A stretch of 32,000 nt of DNA from Mycolicibacterium smegmatis (GTDB lineage: Bacteria; Actinomycetota; Actinomycetes; Mycobacteriales; Mycobacteriaceae), in NCBI RefSeq assembly GCF_001457595.1, contig NZ_LN831039.1:3570001-3602000 (forward strand), written 5' to 3'. The notes below the pieces were generated by a model. That model was not told the origin of the DNA. It worked only from the letters and a program-made list of their open reading frames with translations, and did not search any database. Made by a program: the position numbers and the translations under genes. Below, one piece after another: positions 17,630-29,324 of the stretch. The first letter of the stretch is position 1; each line of letters begins with the position of its first letter.

Positions 17630-19213
17630 TCAGCCGCCGCCGTCCTGGCGCGGCGTGTCCTCGGATTCGTCCCCGGTCGTACTCGGCGTCGGTTCGGGTT
17701 CCAGCGCGACGCTCTCGATGGGTCGCCGCAACGGGCCGGTGATCGGAGCGTCCTCGGCGGGACGCAGTCGCACGACGCGTCCCACCGCGCGACGCAGCCC
17801 CGGTGGTCCTTCGATCCGGAAGAAGTCACCGACCCGCCCGGCGCGGTAGCGCAGCGGTGAGCCGATGAACTCACCGAGCACGACGCCGGCGCCCAGCGCG
17901 AGTGCGGTCGCACCGGCGGCCAGCAGTTGGGCCAGACCGTCACCGAACCGGTCCTCGACCGCGAAGAAGTACACCGCGCGGAACACCGCCATACCGGGGA
18001 GCATCGGTGTGATGCCCGCCGTGGAGGTCACCAGAGCCGGGGCCTGGCGCCGGATCGACAACAGCGTCGCGAACAGACCCACACCGACCGCAGCGACACC
18101 GGTGGCGACGACCTGCCCGAAACCGGCCCATCCGAGCCCGATCAGCACCACCTCGGCGAATCCGGCCGCCAGCCCGGCCGGCAGCAACGTTCGCCACGGC
18201 GCGTAACTCGCGATGGTCAGGCACACGCTCGCAAACGCCGCCCCGATCACCGCGAGCACGATGGGGCCCGGACGGTAGGGCGTCACGAACGCCTGCGTCG
18301 CGTCGACGTTCAACTGGATCGTCACACCCGCGACCGTGGCGATCTGCAGTCCGGCGAGAATGCCGACGACGATGCCCGCGGTCATGAACAGCGCCTCACT
18401 GAGCCGGGCGACCGCGGTGATCATGTGGCCGGTGATCGCGTCCTGCACCGAACCGACCAGCGTCAGGCCCGACAGCAACATGACGATGCCGGTGGCGACG
18501 AGAGCAGTCAGTCCCTCTCCGGTCACCAGGTACGCCGCGACCGCGACCAGCGTCGCGATCGCAGCCCCCACGACGTTCTGAAAAAAGAACGGTGTGCCGA
18601 TCCGGTTGAGCACCCGGCCGGTCCGGTCGATAGCGGCCGATGTGAGCGCGGCGACCAGACACGTCAGCCAACTGCCGCCGAGCAGCATCGCGATACCGAG
18701 CGCGAAACCGGCCCATCCGGCCGTCGACAGCCACCGCGGATAGGGGTGCGGGCGCTCGGTCACCACATCCATGGCCGCATGCGCCTGGTCGACCGAGACA
18801 CCACCGGAGGTGATGTCTCTGATCAGGGCGTCGAGTTCGGCCAGCCGCGTGTAATCGGTCGATCTGGTCCGCACCGCACGCATGATCGTCAGAGGCGGAC
18901 TGTCCGCAGTGGGCGGCGCGGAGACGATGATCGTGGTGAAGGTGATGTCGACGACGCAGTCTGTGAGGCGATAGGCCTGGGCCACGTCCTGCGCGGTCGC
19001 GACCACGTCTGCGGTACCCGAACCCGAGGACAGCATCACCTCGGCGAGCCGGATGACCAGATCGAGGACCTTGCGGGTGTGCAGGTCCCCCATGCCGGCC
19101 GAGGCCCGGCTGCGCTGCCCCGCAACCGGGGCCGGGTCGCGATGGCCACGCATCGCAACCCGCCGCAACCCACGGCGCAGGCGCGCCGCTCCTTCAGATC
19201 CATCTTGCGCCAT
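17630..19213 (-). CDS. Threonine/serine exporter (ThrE/ThrE_2) family protein
   Basis: LDLVIRLAEVMLSSGSGTADVVATAQDVAQAY; DQAHAAMDVV; multiple TM segments; TSTAGITPMLPGMAVFRAVY; start uncertain (19213 or 19093). Confidence 0.88.
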   Translation of the reverse strand: MAQDGSEGAARLRRGLRRVAMRGHRDPAPVAGQRSRASAGMGDLHTRKVLDLVIRLAEVMLSSGSGTADVVATAQDVAQAYRLTDCVVDITFTTIIVSAPPTADSPPLTIMRAVRTRSTDYTRLAELDALIRDITSGGVSVDQAHAAMDVVTERPHPYPRWLSTAGWAGFALGIAMLLGGSWLTCLVAALTSAAIDRTGRVLNRIGTPFFFQNVVGAAIATLVAVAAYLVTGEGLTALVATGIVMLLSGLTLVGSVQDAITGHMITAVARLSEALFMTAGIVVGILAGLQIATVAGVTIQLNVDATQAFVTPYRPGPIVLAVIGAAFASVCLTIASYAPWRTLLPAGLAAGFAEVVLIGLGWAGFGQVVATGVAAVGVGLFATLLSIRRQAPALVTSTAGITPMLPGMAVFRAVYFFAVEDRFGDGLAQLLAAGATALALGAGVVLGEFIGSPLRYRAGRVGDFFRIEGPPGLRRAVGRVVRLRPAEDAPITGPLRRPIESVALEPEPTPSTTGDESEDTPRQDGGG

Positions 19214-19354
19214 CGCCAAGCACGATACTGACGAAGCACCGCAAACCGGCCGATCACCGCGAACCGACACGGCCTGCCTGACGCCCCCGATTCCCCCGCG
19301 ATCCGTGGCAGCGACGGCTCAGCACCCCGAAACCCGTTGGAAAACAACCATTGC

Positions 19355-19366
19355 AAGAAATTTCTT
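19355..19366. promoter_or_regulatory. 12-bp perfect AT-rich palindrome upstream of the Fur-family gene
   Basis: AAGAAATTTCTT in an otherwise GC-rich intergenic region. Confidence 0.35.
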
Positions 19367-19500
19367 CGGCTGGAGGTATAGCGTCGGGCACATCGGGGTA
19401 ACCGCCGCAGCAAGCCTGCGCGCAGAAGCGGTCGGCCGACAATGGCCGAACGCGGCTCGCTCTTGCGCCTCCCATCCGAGCTCCCAGATCGGAGCGAGAC

Positions 19501-20007
19501 ATGCACCGACATACCGAATTCGAGAAAGACTTGACTGCGTCCAATCGGGCGAGCAAGGTGGGCGGCATGCCCTCTCGGGCGGAGTTCGAAGCCCAACTGC
19601 GGATGACGGACCTTCGGGTCACCCGCCCGCGGATCGCTGTCATGGAGGCGGTACACGCGAATCCACATGCCGACACCGAGACGATCTACTCGGTGGTACG
19701 TGGTTCTCTGCCAACCGTTTCCCGGCAGGCGGTGTACGACGTGCTGCATGCTCTCACAGCGGCGAACCTGGTCCGGCGCATTCAGCCGTCCGGTGCGACC
19801 GCGCGCTATGAGGCACGGGTCGGCGACAACCATCACCACGTCGTCTGCCGCAACTGCGGGTCCATCGCCGATGTCGACTGTGCGGTCGGTGAGGCGCCGT
19901 GTTTGACGCCTTCGAACGACGACCACGCTCTGGATGGCTTTCTGCTCGACGAAGCCGAGGTCATCTATTGGGGCCGGTGCCGGGAATGCTCGGTGGACGG
20001 CCCTTGA
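19501..20007 (+). CDS. furA: Fur-family transcriptional regulator, FurA-type, upstream of katG
   Basis: LRVTRPRIAVMEAVHANPHADTETIYSVVRGSLPTVSRQAVYDVLHALTAANLVRRI; HHHVVCRNCGSIADVDC; 39 nt upstream of katG; alternative start at 19567. Confidence 0.9.
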   Translation: MHRHTEFEKDLTASNRASKVGGMPSRAEFEAQLRMTDLRVTRPRIAVMEAVHANPHADTETIYSVVRGSLPTVSRQAVYDVLHALTAANLVRRIQPSGATARYEARVGDNHHHVVCRNCGSIADVDCAVGEAPCLTPSNDDHALDGFLLDEAEVIYWGRCRECSVDGP

Positions 20008-22293
<2,286 letters not shown>

Positions 22294-22319
22294 ACCGAGA
22301 ACTGGTCACGCTCCATACG

Positions 22320-22350
22320 GCGAGGCCCGCGGGATACCCGCGGGCCTCGC
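22320..22350 (+). terminator. Perfect 14-bp-stem hairpin downstream of katG, no U-tract (I-shaped type)
   Basis: GCGAGGCCCGCGGG ATA CCCGCGGGCCTCGC, 26 bp after katG stop. Confidence 0.82.
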
Positions 22351-22458
22351 TGTGCGTCGGTGCTCATTGGTGAGTCGGGACCACGAGGTTTTGAGGGTCC
22401 GTTCCAGACGTCTGAGAGTCACCCTGGAAGTAGAGAAGGAAATCGGAAGGCCGGGAAA

Positions 22459-23124
22459 ATGTCGGACGTCTATGAAGCAGTCATCAGCAGGCGGGCGGTG
22501 CGCGGTTTCACCGATCGCCCCGTGCCGAAGGCGGTGCTGGAGCGGGTGCTCAGCGCCGCGGCCTGGTCACCGTCGAGTTCGAATACGCAACCCTGGAACA
22601 TCTACGTCGTGACCGGCGACGCGTTGGCCGCCCTCAAGAAGCGCGCCACCGAGCGCGTGGCCATGGGCGTGCCGTGGGACGAGCGTGAGTACGACATGTA
22701 CCCGGCCACCATGACCTCGCCGTATGCCGACCGCCGAGCGGCGTTCGGAAAGGAGCGTTACAGCGCGCTCGGCATCGCACGCGACGACTGGGAGGCCCGG
22801 CAGCGCGCCGCGATCGCCAACTGGGATTGCTTCGGCGCACCTGCCGCCCTGTTCTGTTACATCGACCGTGGACTCGGCCCGGCCCAGTGGGCCGATCTGG
22901 GCATGTACCTGCAGACCGTGATGCTGCTGCTGCGCGCCGAGGGGCTGCACAGTTGCCCGCAGATGGCCTGGTCACAGGTCCGCACGACGGTCGCCGAGGC
23001 CGTGTCTCCCCCACCTCGGCTCATGCTGTTCTGCGGCATGTCGATCGGCTACGAGGATCCCTCGGTGGACTATGTCCGCACGGGCCGCGCCCCGCTAAAG
23101 GAAACGGTCACGTTCGTCCAGTGA
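22459..23124 (+). CDS. Nitroreductase family protein (NfnB-like)
   Basis: MSDVYEAVISRRAVRGFTDRPVPKAVLERVLSAAAWSPSSSNTQPWNIYVVTG; LGMYLQTVMLLLRAEGLHSCPQMAW. Confidence 0.93.
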   Translation: MSDVYEAVISRRAVRGFTDRPVPKAVLERVLSAAAWSPSSSNTQPWNIYVVTGDALAALKKRATERVAMGVPWDEREYDMYPATMTSPYADRRAAFGKERYSALGIARDDWEARQRAAIANWDCFGAPAALFCYIDRGLGPAQWADLGMYLQTVMLLLRAEGLHSCPQMAWSQVRTTVAEAVSPPPRLMLFCGMSIGYEDPSVDYVRTGRAPLKETVTFVQ

Positions 23125-23129
23125 CCCGG

Positions 23130-24074
23130 CTACCGCCCGTGCGCCTCGAAGAAGTCCATCGACAGCACCGACGCGTCGAATCCACGGATCGCCAGGCCGA
23201 CCTGTTGTGCAGGTAGCACCTCCGGCGCGCCGGGCCACGTGTGTCCGCCGTTGTCGACGCGCATGAAGACCACCGCGGTGCCCGCGGCGCACGGCGCGTA
23301 CGTCAGCCGCTCGGTCGACGTACCGTCGCCGACGGCCGGAAGTGTCTCCGGCGCCGGATCATCCGCGCAGCCGTCGAGACCGCGCCAGCGGTCAACGAGT
23401 TCGGTGGCCGAGAGCACCGTACTGGTGCCGCCGCGTCCGTTCATCACTCCCCCGCCGAACGGCACGATCGGATCGGCGGTGCCGTACATCGCCAGCACGG
23501 AAACGGGTTGTGACGGGCTGCATCCCACATTCGAACCGAGGGTTCCCGCGACCGGTGCGATCGCCGCGAACAGATCGGCGCGCTCGCACGCCAACCGGTT
23601 CGCCATGAAGGCCCCGGCCGACAGGCCCGTCGCATACACCCGGTCGCGGGGTATGCCGAAGTCGGTGACGAGCCGGTCGACCAGCGTGGTGATGAACCCG
23701 ACGTCGTCGACGCCCTCACGATCGGGCACCGACGCGCCGCGACCGTCGGCCCAACTGCGGTCGATCCCGTCGGGGTACACCACGGCGAACCCGTGCGCGT
23801 CAGCGACCGAGTCGTAGTGTGTGAGCGCCGCCTGGTCGGCGCCCGTGAGTCCCGCCGCGTGCAGATTGACCACCAGGCCCGACGGCTTGTCCATCCCGGG
23901 CGGCAGGTGCAACTGATAGGTCCGCAGCATCCCACCGACATCGATCTGAGCTGCCGGTATGGGCCCCAGCGGGCCTGCGTGTGCCCACGGGGCCGCACAG
24001 CCGAGCATCATCGCCGCACCGAGCAGAGAACTCGTCACCGCACGAGCAATTCGCGCCGTCGACGTTTGAGCCAT
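23130..24074 (-). CDS. Secreted polyhydroxybutyrate-depolymerase-like / feruloyl-esterase-like alpha/beta hydrolase
   Basis: Signal peptide MAQTSTARIARAVTSSLLGAAMMLGCAAPWAHAG; YATGLSAGAFMANRLACERADLFAAIAPVAG; NGGHTWPG. Confidence 0.88.
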   Translation of the reverse strand: MAQTSTARIARAVTSSLLGAAMMLGCAAPWAHAGPLGPIPAAQIDVGGMLRTYQLHLPPGMDKPSGLVVNLHAAGLTGADQAALTHYDSVADAHGFAVVYPDGIDRSWADGRGASVPDREGVDDVGFITTLVDRLVTDFGIPRDRVYATGLSAGAFMANRLACERADLFAAIAPVAGTLGSNVGCSPSQPVSVLAMYGTADPIVPFGGGVMNGRGGTSTVLSATELVDRWRGLDGCADDPAPETLPAVGDGTSTERLTYAPCAAGTAVVFMRVDNGGHTWPGAPEVLPAQQVGLAIRGFDASVLSMDFFEAHGR

Positions 24075-24157
24075 CGCTCCCCCACGAATAGACCAGCAAA
24101 CGAGAAACCGACGCTACCCGGTTCGGTTGGGCGATTGGTCGAGATTCGCCCAGACGC

Positions 24158-25174
24158 TCAGGTGGTCAGCACGAACCGGTAGCGGGCCCGACCGTCGGCC
24201 ATCGCGCCGTACGCCTCGGCGGCATCGTCGAGCGGGCGTTCCTCGACGCGGGCACGGACACCGGCCACCACCGCGAAGTGCATGGTCTCCTCGACCTCGC
24301 GTGCGGTTCCTGACGGATGTCCCGAGATGCTCACCGCGGGCTGGATCAACTGCGCGGGACTGACCCCCAGGGGTTCGGCGCTGACCCCCACCGCGACGAG
24401 TTCGCCGCGCGGTGCGAGCCCGCCGATCGTGTCGGCCATGGCCTGCGAGTTGCCCGCGGTGCCGAGTACCACCGCTGCGCCGCCGAGGTCCTGCAGTGCG
24501 GCCGCGACGTCCTCGCTCGTCGAGTCGATGTAGTGCCGCGCACCGAGCGCGCGGGCGTCCTGCTCGCGGTCGCCGCGACCGCGAGCGATCACGACGGTGT
24601 CGAATCCCATTGCGGCAGCGAACTGCACACCGAGGTGCCCGAGCCCGCCGAGCCCGATGATCGCCACGACGTCACCGGCGACGGCGCGCGTGTGGCGCAG
24701 CGCGTTGTAGGTGGTGACCCCTGCGCACCCCATCGGGGCGGCCTCGACGAAGCTCAACTCGTCGGGGATGCGGGCCAGCGCGTTGGCGGGCGCGGTCACC
24801 GACTCGGCATATCCACCCGGATAGCTCAGGCTGGGCACCTGTCCGTTGACACAGTGGATGAAGAGCCCCTTGCGACAGGGCACGCAGGTGCCGCAGTGGC
24901 CGCCGAACCAGCCGATGGCGACACGGTCACCGACCGCGAAATCCTCGACGCCGGGCCCGATTTCGGCCACGGTGCCCGCGATCTCGTGTCCGGGGGTGAC
25001 AGGCCACGAGGCGACCGGGAAGACGCCGTTGACGATTCCCCTGTCGGTGCCGCAGACCCCGCATGCCGCGACGTCGATGCGGACCTGGCCCCGGTCGGGA
25101 GGCGGGGTCTCGACATCGGTGAGTTCCAGCGTTCCACCGGTGGATTTCACGTGTACTGCTCGATGAGTGGGCAT
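24158..25174 (-). CDS. Zinc-dependent alcohol dehydrogenase (MDR family)
   Basis: VAACGVCGTDRGIVNG; TPGHEIAGTVAEIGPGVEDFAVGDRV; CGTCVPCRKGLFIHC; IIGLGGLGHLGVQFAAAMG. Confidence 0.93.
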   Translation of the reverse strand: MPTHRAVHVKSTGGTLELTDVETPPPDRGQVRIDVAACGVCGTDRGIVNGVFPVASWPVTPGHEIAGTVAEIGPGVEDFAVGDRVAIGWFGGHCGTCVPCRKGLFIHCVNGQVPSLSYPGGYAESVTAPANALARIPDELSFVEAAPMGCAGVTTYNALRHTRAVAGDVVAIIGLGGLGHLGVQFAAAMGFDTVVIARGRGDREQDARALGARHYIDSTSEDVAAALQDLGGAAVVLGTAGNSQAMADTIGGLAPRGELVAVGVSAEPLGVSPAQLIQPAVSISGHPSGTAREVEETMHFAVVAGVRARVEERPLDDAAEAYGAMADGRARYRFVLTT

Positions 25175-25252
25175 GGGGTGATTCAACACTCCGGGGCCAC
25201 GGTTGCCGGGCAAAACGGCGAGACCGGTGCCCGGCCGACCACCCGGACCCGC

Positions 25253-27112
25253 TCAGTGCGCGCCGAGCTTGCCTTCGAGGTACTGCGCGCGGCATGCGCG
25301 GCGCGCCAATTTGCCGCTGGTGGTCCGCGGAATGGCACCCGCGGGCACGAATCGGACGTCAGCGACCGTGACGCCGTGCCGGTGCGCGACCGCCACACGG
25401 ATCGCGTCGATCCCCGGTTGCGGATCGGCGCGGGTGGTCCCCACGGCACGTTCGGCGATCACGACGAGCCCGTCCTGCGTCTGGCCGTCAGATGCGCCCG
25501 GGACGTCTTGGGCCGCAACGGTGAACGCGGTGACGTGACCGCGGCGGACCAGAGGCGACGCGTCCGCCACAGTGGTCTCGATGTCGTGCGGATAGTGACT
25601 GCGCCCGTCGATGACCACGAGATCGGCGATGCGGCCCGTCACGTACAACTCACCGTCGCGGTACACGCCGAGATCGCCGGTGCGCAACCACCGCGCGTCG
25701 GCCGGCGCGTTCCCGGAGTGGGTGCCGTCCCGCAGGCGGGCCCGCAGCGTGGCACCGAACGTCTCGCGCGTCTGCTCCGGCAGGTTCCAGTACCCGCGGC
25801 CGATGTTGTTGCCATGCAGCCAGATCTCGCCGACTGTGCCGTCGCCGAGTTCCTCCCCGGTTCCGGGGTCGACGATCACGGCCTGCAGGCTGCGTGCGAC
25901 CTGACCGCACGACACGTGAGCGACCGCGTCGACGGCGTCGCCTGCGACCGGCACCGCACGACCCTGGGCCAGTTCGTCGCGGTCGAAGTAGACGACCGAC
26001 GCCTGCGCCGCGGGCGCGATGGTCGCGACGAACAGTGTCGCCTCGGCGATGCCGTAGGACGGTTTGAAAGCCGTGGCCGGCAACCCGTATGGCGCGAAGG
26101 CTTTGTTGAAGTCCGCGATGGCCGAGGGGCTCACCGGTTCGGAGCCGATGATGAGCACCACGTTGCTCAGATCGATCTCGTCGCCGTGCTCGGGCACACC
26201 GCGTTGCGCGGTCCACTCGTAGGCGAAGTTGGGCGCGGCCGTGATGACGCGTCCGAACCGTGACTCGTCCGACAACGCCTGGATCCAGCGCTGCGGTCGC
26301 CGGATGAACGCGGTCGGCGACATCAGGGTCGAGTGGCCGCCGTAGACCGCCGGGAAACCGATCATCGAGAGACCCATGTCGTGGTAGAGCGGCAGCCAAC
26401 TCATCCCGTGGGTGTTTCGGTTCAGCAGATCGATCGACAGGATCATCTGCAGCAGGTTGGTGCCGACCGCACGGTGGGTGATCTCGACTCCGACCGGCGG
26501 ACGTGTCGACCCCGACGTGTACTGCAGGTGCGACACGTCGTCGACGTCGACGGGAACAGGCGCGAAATCGGCGCCTGCCGAGTCGGGTACCTCGTCGATG
26601 ACGACGACGTGTGGTTGTTTGCCGGAAAGCTTGTCCAGGAAACCGGTGACCGCCTCCTCCACGGCGGCCGTCGTCAGCACCGTGGTCGGACGCGCGTCGC
26701 TGAGCGCGGTGTCGAGGCGTTCGGCGTGGCCCTGCAACTCCGGGGCGAACAGCGGCACCGCGATGGTGCCCGCCTTGATCGCCGCGAAGAAGCCGATCAC
26801 GTAGTCGAGGCCCTGTGGCGCCAGGACGGCGACCCGGTCACCGCGGGCCGCGACCTGTTGCACCGCAGCGCCGACGGCACGCAACCGAACTCCCAACTGC
26901 CGCCACGTCAGCTCCGCCACCTGGAGTTCTCCGTGGCTGTAGTCCAGGTACCGGTAGGCCACCGAGTCGCCGACATTCGCGATGTTGCGCTCGATGAGCG
27001 AGATCAGGGTCGTGCCGGGAGGCAGCACGATGCCACCGTCGGCATCGAGGCAGTCCTCGATCCGCAAGAGACCGGTGGGCGCCTCGTACTGCGTCCGCGA
27101 TCCGCTGTCCAT
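25253..27112 (-). CDS. Fatty-acyl-AMP ligase (FadD32-like FAAL / AMP-binding protein)
   Basis: LQYTSGSTRPPVGVEITHRAVGTNLLQM; SWLPLYHDMGLSMIG; TAAPNFAYEW; KPSYGIAEATLFVA; TGRIADLVVIDGRSHYPHDIE. Confidence 0.93.
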   Translation of the reverse strand: MDSGSRTQYEAPTGLLRIEDCLDADGGIVLPPGTTLISLIERNIANVGDSVAYRYLDYSHGELQVAELTWRQLGVRLRAVGAAVQQVAARGDRVAVLAPQGLDYVIGFFAAIKAGTIAVPLFAPELQGHAERLDTALSDARPTTVLTTAAVEEAVTGFLDKLSGKQPHVVVIDEVPDSAGADFAPVPVDVDDVSHLQYTSGSTRPPVGVEITHRAVGTNLLQMILSIDLLNRNTHGMSWLPLYHDMGLSMIGFPAVYGGHSTLMSPTAFIRRPQRWIQALSDESRFGRVITAAPNFAYEWTAQRGVPEHGDEIDLSNVVLIIGSEPVSPSAIADFNKAFAPYGLPATAFKPSYGIAEATLFVATIAPAAQASVVYFDRDELAQGRAVPVAGDAVDAVAHVSCGQVARSLQAVIVDPGTGEELGDGTVGEIWLHGNNIGRGYWNLPEQTRETFGATLRARLRDGTHSGNAPADARWLRTGDLGVYRDGELYVTGRIADLVVIDGRSHYPHDIETTVADASPLVRRGHVTAFTVAAQDVPGASDGQTQDGLVVIAERAVGTTRADPQPGIDAIRVAVAHRHGVTVADVRFVPAGAIPRTTSGKLARRACRAQYLEGKLGAH

Positions 27113-27370
27113 GACCGCAGTCTAGGTGTCATCGTCGGCCGATCGGCGCGCCCCCGGCGTGACGTGCGAGACATCCGCGCTGCCGATCACGCTCCGCGAC
27201 GGAGTTTGCCGTCGAGTTGTCCGACGGTGCGGATCCAGCCGTGATGGAAGCTGTCGTATTGCTCGGGCGGCAGCATCGAATGCTCGACAGACACCGCCGT
27301 ACGAGTGGTGGTCCTGGCACGACACCTACGCGGGGCCCCACGCGTAGCGGCCATCGGAGAAGATGGCCGG

Positions 27371-28927
27371 GTGACCCCCGCACCGTTGACGGTCCCCGCC
27401 CTGTTGCAGCGCAGTGTTCGCGAGTTCGGTGACGACACCTATCTGGTCACCCCGACCGGCAGAGCGACCTACCGCGAGATCGACAACCTGTCGGTGCGCG
27501 CGGCCCGGTGGCTGTTGGGTCAGGGTGCCGGCAAGGGGACCCGCGTCGGACTGTTCTTCGCCAACGGGATCGAGTGGATCACGTGGTGGCTCGCGGTGTC
27601 CCGCATCGGTGCCGTGGCCGTACCGCTGAGTACGTTGTACACCCCGGCCGAGATCGCCAAAGTGCTGCGCCTGGCCGATGTCGGGATCCTCGTTGCCCCG
27701 CCACGCGTCCTGAACATCGACGTCGGCCTGCGCCTGCGGGAGGCGCTGCCCGAACTCGCCGGCCAGCCCTCGCGCGCAATTGCGGTGCGCGCCACGCCGT
27801 TTCTGCGCCGCATCGCGATCACCGGCGAGACCGACCTGCCGTGTGCCACCCGCATCGACGACACGGGCGTCCCGCAGGAGATCCTCGCCGCGGCCGAATC
27901 CGAGGTGAGTCCCGCGGATCTGGCCGTCATGGTGCACACGTCGGGATCCACCGCGGATCCGAAAGGTGTTCTGCACACCCACGGCACGCTCGTGCGCCAG
28001 ACCTCGACGTGGCCTGCCGCGATCCGTGCGGTGACCGGTTCGCAAGGGCACGCCCGGATCCTGTGCGCCATGCCGTTTTTCTGGATCGGCGGACTGCTGG
28101 CGGCAACCGGGGCGCTGCACGAGCCCGTCACCTTGGCGATCCTGCCCAAGCTGGACGCCGGAGCGGCACTCGATCTCGCCGAACGTGAACGCATCACCGG
28201 GATCGTCGGCTGGCCCGCGTTCACGCAGCGGTTGCGGGAGCACCCGACTTTCTCCGTGCGGGACCTGAGCAGCGCGCCGATGCTGCGCGACGGTCCGCTC
28301 GACATCGCGATGACCGATGTCCCGGACGGATTCCCGGTGCACCGCACCATGACCGAGACCGCCGGCGGCTTCGCCTACACCGACATGCGCATCGTCGACG
28401 ACAACGGTGTGCCCGCCCCCGACGGGACCGTCGGCGAACTCCACGTCCGCGGCATCGGCGTGATGGCCGGCTACAACAAACGCGAACGGTTCGAGACGTT
28501 CGACGACGACGGTTGGTACCACACCGGCGACAAGGTGTACCGGCGCCCGGGTGATCCGAGGGTGTTCTACGTGGGTCGCACAACCGATCTCATCAAGGCG
28601 GCCGGGGCCAATGTCTCACCGCTGGAGGTCGAGGCGGTGCTGGCGGGGTTCGGCGAGGTCGCCCAGTGCCTGGTGCTCGGCGTCGACGACGCCGAGCGTG
28701 GTGAGGAGGTGTGCGCCGTGGTGGTTCCGTCCGGAACTCCCGGCGACACACTCGACGTCGCGTTGCTCGCACAGCGCGCTCGCGAGCAACTCTCGGCATA
28801 CAAGGTTCCCACGCGGTGGGTGATCGCCTGCAGCGACGACATCCCGACGTTGCCGAGCGGCAAGTTCGACCGGAAAGCGTTGCGCCGATGGATCATCGAC
28901 GAACGGCTCGGCGTCACGGCTCGGTGA
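27371..28927 (+). CDS. Class I adenylate-forming enzyme, fatty-acid/acyl-CoA ligase
   Basis: AVMVHTSGSTADPKGVLHTHGTLVRQ; GWYHTGDKVYRR; LPSGKFDRKALRRWI; GTG start at 27371 proposed (longer 27305 start also open). Confidence 0.9.
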   Translation: MTPAPLTVPALLQRSVREFGDDTYLVTPTGRATYREIDNLSVRAARWLLGQGAGKGTRVGLFFANGIEWITWWLAVSRIGAVAVPLSTLYTPAEIAKVLRLADVGILVAPPRVLNIDVGLRLREALPELAGQPSRAIAVRATPFLRRIAITGETDLPCATRIDDTGVPQEILAAAESEVSPADLAVMVHTSGSTADPKGVLHTHGTLVRQTSTWPAAIRAVTGSQGHARILCAMPFFWIGGLLAATGALHEPVTLAILPKLDAGAALDLAERERITGIVGWPAFTQRLREHPTFSVRDLSSAPMLRDGPLDIAMTDVPDGFPVHRTMTETAGGFAYTDMRIVDDNGVPAPDGTVGELHVRGIGVMAGYNKRERFETFDDDGWYHTGDKVYRRPGDPRVFYVGRTTDLIKAAGANVSPLEVEAVLAGFGEVAQCLVLGVDDAERGEEVCAVVVPSGTPGDTLDVALLAQRAREQLSAYKVPTRWVIACSDDIPTLPSGKFDRKALRRWIIDERLGVTAR

Positions 28928-29324
28928 GGCCCCCGGCCACGTCCTCGATCCGGTCGCGAAAGCCCGAGGCCGACCGCACGTCGGCGCCTGCGGCGCGGAC
29001 CCGTTCGGCGAGGCCGCGGTCGGAGGTCACGACCGTGACGTCCGAACGACCCGCAGCGAGCAGACGGACGATCTCGTCGTCGGCCGAGTTCGGCGCGGAG
29101 GCCGGTGCGTGCGTGACCTCGACGACGCGCGACTCGATCGGTGGGGTGGTCGGCGCCTCGAACACGACCGTGACGTGTGCACCTTCGGCCGACGCCCACC
29201 GCTCGAGCTGAGCGACCAGTCTTGCCATCGCGCCGCGGCGGTCCCGCGACCATCCATCGGGGCGTGAGCCGATCACGTTCATGCCGTCGACGATCCAGCG
29301 CACGGATTCGACCGTACCGCTCAC
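28914..29324 (-). CDS. NYN (PIN-like nuclease) domain protein, YacP-like
   Basis: VRWIVDGMNVIGSRPDGWSRDRRGAMARLVAQLERWA...; ADDEIVRLLAA...VTVVTSDRGLAERVRAAGADV; GTG start overlaps TGA stop of upstream TetR (GTGA). Confidence 0.88.
   Translation of the reverse strand: MSGTVESVRWIVDGMNVIGSRPDGWSRDRRGAMARLVAQLERWASAEGAHVTVVFEAPTTPPIESRVVEVTHAPASAPNSADDEIVRLLAAGRSDVTVVTSDRGLAERVRAAGADVRSASGFRDRIEDVAGGLTEP

Noticed and set aside
17927-19231. 434-aa plus-strand ORF opposite the ThrE-like gene
   Set aside because: Arg/Asp/His-rich shadow ORF, while the minus strand encodes clear transmembrane segments and family motifs.
22320-22350. Considered the post-katG palindrome as a protein operator
   Set aside because: 14-bp GC-rich stem with 3-nt loop directly after a stop codon fits a mycobacterial U-less intrinsic terminator better.
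24317-26263. 648-aa plus-strand ORF
   Set aside because: Runs antisense across the alcohol dehydrogenase and FAAL genes, with low-complexity Arg/Asp/Val-rich translation and no domain; a typical high-GC shadow ORF.
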